Under the pieces are notes generated by a model. It had not been told where the DNA came from and did not search any database. It was given only the letters and a program-made list of their open reading frames with translations. Positions 39,301-49,672 of a stretch of DNA of 63,801 nt are shown piece after piece. A program made the translations under genes and the position numbers. Positions within the stretch are counted from its first letter, which is position 1; the number at the start of each line of letters is the position of its first letter. The stretch comes from Octopus bimaculoides (lineage: Eukaryota): NCBI RefSeq assembly GCF_001194135.2, contig NC_068981.1:3251677-3315477 (forward strand). Direction: 5' to 3'.

Positions 39301-42300
39301 CATACTTTAGAAAGTATGGGGAAATATTTAAGGAAGAATGTAAAAGTTGGACAGAGGAAAAGAAGATAAGGCTTCTTTTATGAAAATTAGCACTGGCACA
39401 TCATGAAAAATATTGTAATTACATCTTGCCAGGGAATCTGTCAGAAATTTGTTTCAAGGAAACAATTAGCTTATTAGAGATATCCAGCAAAAGGATTTCA
39501 TTATTCAACATTCACTGGGAATGCCAGAATTTGAAAAAAAAATGAAACAGATGACTTTGTTATGTATGCAGGAATCATAAACAAAGAATGTGAAAAATTC
39601 AAGCCAAGCGAGTTAACCCCAGACATGTTCAAATATTTAATCTTTGTAAAGGGATGGGGAAATACGAGCTGGAATATTAACAAAATTAGAGCAAGATACT
39701 AAATTAACTTTACAAACAGTGGCGGAAGAATACCAAAGGATAATCTATGACAAGACACAGAAAAAACTGAAAGAGACGATGTAAATATACAGGCATGTCG
39801 ACCTATAACAAACAAGGAGAAAATAAAACAATCAAGACTCAAATCATGCTATGGGTGTGGAAAAATACACTTTAAAAGGGATTGTCTTTTTAATAAAAAT
39901 TATTTTGGTTGTAGCAAAACAGGACATAAGAATTCACATTGTTGGTTAAAGAAAAAAAGTCAAAAAAGAAAATTTGTATCTGTAAAAATAACGTAAATAT
40001 GAATTTGCAATTGGATACAGGAAGTGATATCTTGATAATTAACATTGGTACATGGCAAAAGATTGGAAGGCCTACTTTCAAGAAAACGTCAAAAATTGCT
40101 CGTGGTATTTCAGGAAAGCAAGTACGATTTTTAGGTGAAATGACAACAGAAGTGACATTTCGTGGGAAGATGCTGAAAGCTAAAGTTTATGTATCAGAAA
40201 ATACTATAAACCTGTTTGGGACAAACTAGATTGAGATATTTGATTTATGGAATCTACCCATAAAAACATTCTCTAATAATGTAAATGGTCCATACGCCAG
40301 TTCAAATAAGGTGTCGGAGAATTTAAAATTTGAAATGGAAATAAAAAATATACTCTGCAACATAGTGCATGAACTACCGGTCACATTAAACGAATTAAAA
40401 ATTAAAGCCAAGAAAGATATATTATTTACATTTGACGGATATTTGTCCTCATCTTGTTCTTTCGGCTGATATACCCTCCAGCCTTCATCAGGTGTCTTGG
40501 CAAAATTTCAAACCTGGCTTCTCATTCCTAAGGTATTTTTTGATGTTATTATTATTATTATTGTTCAGGTCACTGCTTGGAATTGAACTCGGAATCTTTG
40601 GGTTAGTAGCCTGCGCTCTTAACCACTATGCCATATGCCATGATGAAGGCTGGATGAGGACAAATATCTATTCAAATGTACATAATTCCTCATCTCTTAA
40701 ATATAGAACTGCAAGAAAGATATGTTTAAAGAAAAAAACTTATGTAGCTGAGCGTAACACTGATTTGAAATGCTAGGTATGCTCAGAGGGTTGTAGTACC
40801 TGATTCTTCACAAAATCAAATGTTGAAAGAATTTCACGTTGGACATCCAGGAATTGGGAGGATGAAGGCACTTATGAGAAGCTACATTTACTGGCTGAAC
40901 ATGGATCAGGATATTGGAAAAACTGGTGAAAGCCTGCATGGGTTGTGTCCTGGCAGTAAAGGCACCACCTGTAAAAATTCAACCTTAGCCCAACACTGAC
41001 GTACCTTGGTCTAGATTGCATATAGATTTTGCAGGGCCACTAAATGGTGTGTATTATCTAGTAGTTGTAGATAGTCACACAAAATGGCCGGAAATATGTG
41101 AATGCAGAAAGCCAACCTCTAAAATAACAATAGAATTTTAGAATTTACATGGTTGCAAAGCAAACTTCTTAACCACATAGCCATATATCTGTGTGAGTGT
41201 GTGTGCACATGCGCAATGTACGTGAATGTTGCTATTTGTCAGTTTGAGTGAAATGGTTGATGTTGACATTCTGTGTCAGCATTATGAACAGTTGCTCAGT
41301 GCTTTTGAAGACTTGTGGAATATGAAGATTCCTTTGCTCAGGCAATGGTTGGCAACAGGAAGAGCATCCAACCATAAGATTCTACCTCAAAAATCAATTC
41401 TTCCCAACATGGAAAGATGGGTATTAAATGAATAAATTCCTTAATTTCATTCATTTCACTTTCGGAGTGTTTGGCATTAAGAAGGGCATCCAGTTGTAGA
41501 AACCTTGCCAAATCAGATTGGAGCCTGGTGCAGCCTCCTGGCTTACCAATTCTCAGTCAAAGGACGTTAAATGATGATGATGATGATGATGATTGAGGTT
41601 AATATCTAGATATAGTTATTGTCAGGCCTTTCTATCATCAAAGGTGTTCCAGCTATGACCAGACAGTTTTGAAAATCAGACTGTTTCTGTTCCTCTTGTG
41701 TTCAACAATTTACACTGGTAACTTGATATAGCACACACACACACGTGTGTGCTCTCACTAATACAACTTCTCCTTAGAAAATATATGATTTTTAGTCGCC
41801 CAATATTTTAAAAATAAAATAAAAATGAGTAAACATTAGTTTTAATATCATTTAAATCAAAACACGGTTACATAAAACTGAAAAAATATTTTGTTATCAA
41901 GTGATTAAATTACAAAACAATCTAAATTTCAAACTAATGTCTATCGTTTAATGAAATCTATAGTTTTCATTTTCAAGGCTGAATATTTTCTATTTATCGC
42001 AGATATTGTGGCAAAATTCCAAATCAAAAAGTATTAGTAAATAAATCTTAGTTGTTCTTTAGCACAGATTAAAGGTTTCATAATTCTAAATAAATCTTGA
42101 GAAAATAATCACCGTTATCATGATTATATATGTATGTATACATAATTCTCTCACTTAGATTTATCTTGTACCTTGAGGGTACACTCACCATTTGTCTCTC
42201 TCGTTCCAGCTGAGGAAGCCATGTATCTCCTCTTCAGTAAGACATCTGTTCTGTCACTATATCATACTTTCACCTCTCTCAATACTACACACATTCAGAT

Positions 42301-44924
42301 GAGGAGGGTCTTGTCCTGTGAGTTACTAGTGCTGGTGCCATGAAAAATAAAAGCACTCAGTACACCCTGTAAAGTGGTTGGCATCAGGAGGGGCACCCAG
42401 CTGTAGAAACATGTTAAAGTTGATACTGGAGCTCTGACTCTTCATTCCAGTCAAACTGTCTAACCCACACCAGCATGGAAAATGGACATTAAACACTGAT
42501 GAATGATGATATATATAATCATCATGATTATAATGTGTGTATATTCATCAACATTATAATGCCTACTTTTCCATGCTTGCATGAGGAGATGAGAGTACAC
42601 TGGAGCAGAATTCTTTTATGGTCAGATGCCCTTTCTGTCATCAATCCTATTTATTTCCAAGTAAGGTAATCTTTCAGTCTATCAAGTATTGATTTTTGGT
42701 AGACTGCAGGCAAAAATTGCAGTCAGGAGACCATTGTTTACAACCCAGTGAAAGCAAGGAAAATATGAACACACACACACATGATGGGCTTCTTTCAGTT
42801 TATGGTTACCAAACCCACACAAGGCTTTCATTGGCCTGGTGGAGCTATAGTGGGACTGAACTATAAGCCATGTGGCTGACAAGCCAACTTTGTTTTTCCA
42901 CACAACTATGCCTGTGCTTAGAATGGAATTCTGAAATATCTGTGGAATCTTTGGTTTTTATTCAAGGATATTTCTCCAATAATAAAAAGTGAAGATTTCA
43001 ATTGTTTCCATGGTTGAAATACAAACATTGTCATCCATATAATTATATAATTAATATACAAAAATATGTAATAAATTTTAATGAGATGGACAAATCACTT
43101 TATCAAGAATTGAAAGATGAAAATCAAAAATACTTCTTGTTTTAAATATGACATAGACAAGATAGAGAAAAGAAATTATATACACAAATATTAATTCCTT
43201 TCAAGTGTTGGGCCTCATGGAGGCAAAGTGGCTGAGTTCCTTTTGAGTGTTGAGCCTCACAGAGGCAATGATCGAGACCTTTGGCATTATGTCGTGCTTG
43301 AGAAGAAGACCCATCAAGCTGAGCAAAATTGCAGTCATGACAAATATCGGTGTGACGCAAATTGGTACCTGTGCTGGCAGCACGTAAAAGCACTCCAGTG
43401 TCAAGCAAATGGCATCTGTGCCTGTGGCACGTAAAAGCATCCAATACACTCTCAGAATGGTTGCATTAAGAAGGGCATTCAGCCATAGAAAGCCATGCCA
43501 AATCAGTCTGATGATGATGATGATGATGATGACACAGAAACATATATAATCAAACCTTCAAGCACACACAGAGATGTGCATACATCTAAACATATTTTAT
43601 TGAGTGCATTTTAGTGTGACACCAGCACTAGAAAAGTTGCATTTTACCCTTACAAGAATAAAGAGCTTACTATATGTTGTCTCCATTCCATTGCCAATCA
43701 CTTTGAAGAGTGTATTGAGTGCATTTTATTCTGGAACCAGCACTAGAAAGGTTACCCATTTTCTTTACAAGACTAAGGAGTTCTAGTTTACTTGACTGAC
43801 AAGGAAAATAAACATGCTCTACTTTATTTCATAGCTGAGGCGTAGCAATAGGAACATTTATGACATCAATCTCACTGGTTTTGGAGGGCCTGTGATGACT
43901 TTGAACTCCACTGTTTTCCCCAGAACCAAAACACTTAAAAACAAATGTAAAAAATTTATACAAAAATATATCATCTTAGTTGTGTGATCATAGGGAAAAA
44001 AAATGTTAAAAAAGAAAAGTGAAACTCACCAGATACTTTGTCACTACAGATTGGACAATTTTCTTTGTCTATGGCATCTTTAGATGGAGAATTGCTATTG
44101 GTCACTGAAGAAACTGGAATTTTTAAAGATACAATTTCTTCTGGATGAATATAGACTGCATGAATGTTAGAGGCAGACTGTGAGGTACTGTTGCTGTTTT
44201 CCTCATCTCCTCTGCCACTTTCATCTTCTTCAAGACGAGTATACTTCAATGGAGAAGACTGTGATTCCTGATCGCTTGTTGGAGGTAAATGTCTTTTCTT
44301 GGAGGCATCTACAATGCCGCTGTCAGAGTCTGAGACTATAACATCATTATCAGGAGATGGCACTGAAGAACTGTCTCGATTGAAACACACTATAACCTCT
44401 TCATGTTCACCACACTTCACTCCATCAATCTTAATGGTTTGATTTAATTCAAAAACCAGATTCTTGCTTTTATTCTCATTGTTGTTTATTGCTGTAAATA
44501 CATTTACAACATTTGGGTCACTCTGTGAGAATAACACTGAATTTGAATTGGGTTTCACATTTGCTCCCTGATCAAGTTTTAGTTTAAGCATTGCCTTTAG
44601 ATCTGGAGTGGTCTCCGTGACATTTTCTGTGATGCCATTAGAATCCATTTGAACTTGACTGATGAGAGATTCTGTGGGTTGGTGTAGCCCATGTAGAATA
44701 GGGAGTATTTTCTTCTCAGAATTTTGGTTTGCATTGACCTGCAAGATATTAGGCTTAATATCCTTCGATTTGCATTCCTGTAATCTGAATCCACTGGTGT
44801 CGCGGTGTTTTTCATGAGAATTATTGTTTAGACAATTTTCAGAATTCACCTCAGAAGATGTAAGGGTATGTGAAATAACCTGCAGCAAGACTGGTGAGAT
44901 GCCAACCTCACCTGTGCAGCTCAT
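29971..44924 (-). CDS. HR39: Nuclear receptor HR39 / NR5B (FTZ-F1 beta-like), spliced gene model with 5 coding exons, ~682 aa
   Basis: Five exons join in frame at GT-AG junctions (phases 1,1,0,1): 895+180+443+253+278=2049 nt, ending in TGA at 29973-29971. C4 zinc-finger [36 protein letters not shown]; box [14 protein letters not shown] (HR39-type; NR5A has AVRADRMRGGRNKF); [15 protein letters not shown]...[23 protein letters not shown]; AF-2 LLYELLKGE. Start codon and 5' UTR exon(s) not established. Confidence 0.9.
30350..32360 (+). mobile_element. Cluster of ~6 co-oriented family-D SINE copies in the last HR39 intron
   Basis: B-box cores GAGTTCAAAT...GGTCAACTTTGC at ~30362, 31032, 31260, 31452, 32096 and 32240. 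Confidence 0.75.
32411..33362 (+). mobile_element. 5'-truncated RTE-clade LINE (RT C-terminus, 3' UTR, (GAT)n tail)
   Basis: Translation includes [34 protein letters not shown] and [21 protein letters not shown], typical of RTE RT C-termini. Confidence 0.85.
33691..33943 (-). CDS. HR39: HR39 coding exon 4: LBD helices 4-8
   Basis: TTTTCCAG|ACT GAT GAT CAA gives [24 protein letters not shown]...[22 protein letters not shown]; donor G|GTAAAG; 253 nt. The ORF track shows only its 3' part. Confidence 0.95.
36143..36585 (-). CDS. HR39: HR39 coding exon 3: post-DBD box, hinge, LBD helices 1-3
   Basis: TTTCTAG|CT ATC CGT gives (A)[15 protein letters not shown]...[19 protein letters not shown]; donor TCT|GTGAGT; 443 nt. 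Confidence 0.95.
38261..38440 (-). CDS. HR39: HR39 coding exon 2: DNA-binding domain core
   Basis: TTTAG|GT TAC CAT... encodes (G)[59 protein letters not shown]; donor G|GTAAGA; 180 nt. Confidence 0.97.
38915..41140 (+). mobile_element. Gypsy-type LTR retrotransposon remnant (gag-protease-integrase; RT/RNase H missing)
   Basis: PBS-like TGGTGATAAGGAT at 38953-38965; gag start MEELLASAV at 39132; zinc knuckle [13 protein letters not shown] at ~39845; protease LDTGSD (ORF 39939-40229); integrase zinc-binding [20 protein letters not shown] and core [14 protein letters not shown]...[11 protein letters not shown] at 40830-41100; multiple stops. Confidence 0.85.
40421..40711 (-). mobile_element. 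tRNA-headed hammerhead element, copy 2, inserted in the Gypsy remnant
   Basis: Same family as 22964-23300; perfect 12-bp TSD CAAGAAAGATAT at 40409-40420 and 40712-40723; inverted arms. Confidence 0.8.
43195..43532 (+). mobile_element. RTE-family 3' end (further tails at ~41455-41592, 42325-42510 and 57852-58035 on +, 53155-53335 on -)
   Basis: Similarity to 32780-33360 and to the reverse complement of 48135-48800. Confidence 0.75.
44030..44924 (-). CDS. HR39: HR39 coding exon 1: long A/B domain plus start of first zinc finger ([10 protein letters not shown])
   Basis: Open frame in ORF 43971-45023; first in-frame ATG after the acceptors is at 44924; donor G|GTGAGT after 44030; acceptors TTCTTTTTCTTCAG|G (exon from 44926) or GAAACAG|G (from 44968). 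Confidence 0.85.
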
Positions 44925-45157
44925 TCCTGAAGAAAAAGAAACAAAGAATGGATGGTAAACATCTTCACCTGTTTCAAAGAAAATATAATGAAAATAATGC
45001 AAAATCACAAAATGTAAAAACAAAGGAATTCTTTGGATATTTCTTGATTAGAAACCATTAAAAAATCATAATATAAAATTAAAAATCACAGACTTTAAGA
45101 AAACAGTCTTAAACTTCCATTTTATATGATATAAGATATTAGAATATAACAGAAAGT

Positions 45158-45545
45158 TGTTGTTGTTGGCACTCCGTCGCTTACGACGTCGAGGGTTCCA
45201 GTTGATCCGATCAATGGAACAGCCTGCACGTGAAATTAACGTGCAAATGGCTGAGCACTCCACAGACACGTGTACCCTTAACGTAGTTCTCGGGGATATT
45301 CAGCGTGACACAGTGTGACAAGGCTGGCCCTGTGAAATACAGGTACAACAGAAACAGGAAGAAAGAGTGAGAGAAAGTCTTGGTGGAAGAGTACAGCAAG
45401 GTTCGCCACCATCCCCTGCCGGAGCCTCGTGGAGCCTTAGGTGTTTTCTCTCAATAAACACTCACAACGCCCGGTCTGGGAATCGAAACCGCGATCCTAA
45501 GACTGCGAGTCCGCTGCCCTAACCACTGGGCCATTGCGCCTCCAC
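45158..45545 (-). mobile_element. Young full-length tRNA-derived SINE, family E, with perfect TSD
   Basis: Minus head GTGGAGGCGCAATGGCCCAGTGGTTAGG...GGTTTCGATTCCC; (CAA)n tail; 12-bp TSD ATAACAGAAAGT at 45146-45157 and 45546-45557; CpGs intact. Older copy at 58514-58873. Confidence 0.9.
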
Positions 45546-46234
45546 ATAACAGAAAGTATATCTTATTGAAACTAACAACCATTTTGAGCATGTTAAGAAT
45601 AATCATATACATATACTGTTAATTTGGATATTTGTAATTTAAACATTACAAACCTCTCTTCACATTATGTATTTTTCATTCATTTTATACCTGTTTTTCC
45701 ATGATAGCATGAGTTAGTCAAATATATCATTGAGGTGTTGTTTTATAGCCAGATGCCCTTCCTGTTGCTAACCCTTATCTGTTTTTTCAAGTAAGCAATC
45801 TCATCCTTAACATGTCTTTCAAGGCGTAAAGCCAATGAATAATTTATTGATGGGGAAATGACAGCAACATCACTGCCTTTAGCTGAACAATTTTATGGAG
45901 AAGTGTAAATGCAATCAAATACACATAACTAACACACACCCAACTATATATATAATTCAGTTTTGGGGATTAATAGATATGCGGGTATTCTATTTCAGAT
46001 AATACAAAAAAAACAAAAAAAAACCTAATGAGTATATCTGAAAGTAAACTAATGGTATCCATTTGCACATCACGAAATAATACTTAAAGGACATAACCAT
46101 TATACCAGCAGGGTGTGTACTATACTTCCTTAATTATCTCCTACTTTAGTTAACACTAAATTAATTAAACATGAAGGAACTACACATGTTTCAGTATTGG
46201 AAGATTACAATATATATATATATATATATATATA

Positions 46235-47242
46235 CTAGCAGAAATACCCGGCTTTGCCCGGGTTAAAGAGAATAATAAAATCTAAAAACGCCGTCTAGAC
46301 TACGCAACCCTCAACTGTTAGTAGCTACAATACCATATTTCTACATTAATAACTCTCCAATCCATGCCAGCATGGAACATAGACATTAAGTGGAATGCCA
46401 GTCTCTCATCTGGGAAGGCCTTGAAATCAATGTTACCAACTGGGGACTATGTGTGTCGCAGTGATAATAAAAAGACTCAAAGGAGGTCTGCAACAAAATA
46501 ATTTTACTCAACACTTTGCAAGTGAATCAGTGGAGGCAAAGATGCGTCTCATTNNNNNNNNNNNNNNNNNNNNNNNNNNNNNNNNNNNNNNNNNNNNNNN
46601 NNNNNNNNNNNNNNNNNNNNNNNNNNNNNNNNNNNNNNNNNNNNNNNNNNNNNNNNNNNNNNNNNNNNNNNNNNNNNNNNNNNNNNNNNNNNNNNNNNNN
46701 NNNNNNNNNNNNNNNNNNNNNNNNNNNNNNNNNNNNNNNNNNNNNNNNNNNNNNNNNNNNNNNNNNNNNNNNNNNNNNNNNNNNNNNNNNNNNNNNNNNN
46801 NNNNNNNNNNNNNNNNNNNNNNNNNNNNNNNNNNNNNNNNNNNNNNNNNNNNNNNNNNNNNNNNNNNNNATATCTTTACATATACGTGTACATATACATC
46901 TATATGTATACATATACATCTCTCTCTCTCTGAAAGTATCTGTCATTACAGTATCGAAATGTGATTGTTTCAGTGAGTGGAATAGTTTCATTTTTAAAGT
47001 GAAAGTATTTGACATGAGTGTTTTTGTTTCACTTTTGACACGTAATACTTAAATAGTGGAGGAGATATTATGTTGCTGTGGGCTCGAACTCTGCAAGAAG
47101 TTAAAATTTTTTTTTACTAAAACACAACTGGAACCCTAAGTAAGGCATCTGTAAAATTTGAATGAAATTGGTTGCGTAGTTCTCGAGTTTTAGGGATTCA
47201 CACAGACAGACAAACACACATTCTCATTTTTATATATATAGA
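46235..47242 (-). mobile_element. Non-autonomous Helitron
   Basis: On minus: A|TC 5' end at 47242; subterminal hairpin ACCCGG-GCAAAG-CCGGGT (46263-46246); CTAG|T 3' end at 46238-46235. Contains an N gap. Confidence 0.75.
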
Positions 47243-47290
47243 TATACACACAATTGTATACATACATATATATATATTTATATTTATATA

Positions 47291-47463
47291 AGGGCATTAC
47301 TATACGATAATGCCTCACGCTATGAGGGACTCTAAGGTCAGACTACCATAAAAGGTTGGCTTTGAGAGTTGCATTTCCTCGCGTTCGGTAAAAATGTGCT
47401 TTTTATGGTAGTCTGACCTTAGAGTCCCTCATGGCGTGAGGCATTATTGTATAGTAATGCCCT
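47291..47463. mobile_element. MITE with ~64-bp terminal inverted repeats and TA TSD
   Basis: AGGGCATTACTATACGATAATGCCTCACG...ACTACCATAAAAG mirrored near-perfectly at 47400-47463; TA at 47289-47290 and 47464-47465. Confidence 0.85.
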
Positions 47464-47579
47464 TATATAAATATATATTTCGGGAATAAATGATGGATTT
47501 TTTCATGCTAGCTACTTGATAAATTCTTGTAAAAGAATTTGTCCTATTATTGAATTTACATATATATATNNNNNNNNNN

Positions 47580-47621
<42 letters not shown>

Positions 47622-48133
47622 ATCATCAAATTTACAATTATTCTAACACATCTTCAGGTTCTTTTTCAAAGTATTATTATATTTCACTGGTAAAGCTTTA
47701 ACAAATTTTACTATAGCCTTATTTTTCTGTGAGAGAAATGCATATGGTTGGACTTAGATCCACAATCATAGCGAATAGACTACCTTAACCGTCCAACTGA
47801 GCTGTAAATTCTACAATAAAAAAAGAAAAAAAAAACAAGTAATATATATATATATATATAAGAGAGAGAGAGGTAAGGTGATGCAAACAGTGAAAATAGA
47901 ACTCAAAATGTATATTTTCATTAATATTTAGCAGAAGCAACAGAGTGACTCAAGGACCAAGTGTTTCGTGCATTGGCACTTATCATGCTAGTTACATTTT
48001 GAAAGGCTGTGGGCTTATATCGCTGGTGATAATTACATTTTCCTCTCGATGGTTCTGGATTAAATTTTAAAACCTTAATAATGTCACATGGATAATTCAT
48101 ATTTTTCAAATAGTTTGTCCACTGTGTTGTTCA

Positions 48134-49324
48134 TCATTATCATCATCATTGTTTAATGTCCGCTTTCTATGCTTGCATGGGTTGCACGATTTGATTGAGG
48201 AGTGGCGAACCAGATGGCTGCACCAGGCTCCAATCTAATCTCAGAGTTTCTACAGCTGGATGTCCTTCCTAACGCCAACCACTCTGAGAGTGTAGCGGGT
48301 GCTTTTACGTGCCACCGGCATGAGGGCCAATCAGGCGCTACTGGCAACGGCCATGCTCAAATGGTGTTTTTTACGTGCCACCTGCACAGGAGCCAGTCCA
48401 GCGGCACTGACAACAACCTTGCTCGAATGTTTTTTCACATGCCACCGGTACAAGTTCCAGTAAAGCGATGCTGGTAGCGAACACTCTCAAATGGTGCTAT
48501 TTACGTGCCACCAGCATGGAAGCCAGACAGCTGCTCTGGCAATGATCACGCTCGGACGGTGCTGTTAGCACTCCACTGGCATGGGTGCCAGTCATCCAAT
48601 TTCGTTCAGTTATGATTTCGATTTCACTTGCCCCAACAGGTCTTCGCAAGCAGAGTTTAGTGTCCAATGAAGTAAAGGTACGCATAAGTGGCTACACCCC
48701 TGGCAAAGGCCATGGGTTATGGTCTCACTTGGTTTGCTGGGTTTTCTCACGCACAGCATATTTCCAAAGGTCTCGGTCACTAGTCATTGACTCGGTGAGG
48801 CCTAATGTTCAAAGGTCATGCTTCACCACCTCACCCCAGGTTTTTTCCTGGCTCTACCTCTTCCACAGTTCCCCTCAACTGCTAGGGTGTGGCACTTTTT
48901 CACACAGCTATCCTCATCCATTCTCACTACATGACCATACCAGCGCAAGCATTTCTCTTGCACAAAGACGATTGTGTTGTGATGCTGCTTAGGTCCAACT
49001 TTTCTCTCAAGGTACTTACACTCTGTCGAGTATGCACACTGACATTACACATCCATCGGAGCATACTGGCTTCATTCCTTACGAGCTTACGCATGTCCTC
49101 AGCAGTCACGGCCCATGTTTCACTGCCATATAGTATGGCTGTTCGTACACATGTGTCATACAGTCTGCCTTTTACTTTGAGTGAGAGGCCCTTTGTCACC
49201 AGCAGAGGTAAGAGCCCTCTGAACTTTGCCCAGGTTATTCTTATTCTAGCAGCTACACTTTTAGTGCACCCTCCCCCGCTACTGACTTGGTCACCTAGGT
49301 AACGGAAGATATCAACTACTTCTA
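48134..49324 (-). mobile_element. 5'-truncated RTE-clade LINE
   Basis: LEVVDIFRYLGDQVSSGGGCTKSVAARIRITWAKFRGLLPLLVTKGLSLKVKGRLYDTCVRTAILYGSETWAVT...; 3' UTR and (GAT)n tail at ~48135; candidate TSD GTTGTTCA (48126-48133, 49325-49332). Confidence 0.9.
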
Positions 49325-49633
49325 GTTGTTCAATAAGTCATTATTACATAAATAAATACAGAAACCTTGTGCGTCTCTTCACACTCAAACAAGGTTTCTT
49401 TCTTTTCTTTATTTATTTATGTATTTACTTATTGAATGACATAATAGGCAAACTATTTGAAAAATATGACTTTTCGTTGTGACAGTGTTATGGTTTTAAA
49501 ACAATCCAGAGGAAAATGTAATTCTCATCAATTATATAAGCTCATGGTTCTTCAATCTGTAACTAGTTTGTTAAGTGCCAATGCACGAAACTCTCAACCC
49601 TTGAGTCACTCTGTTGCTTCTGCTAAACACACA

Positions 49634-49672
<39 letters not shown>

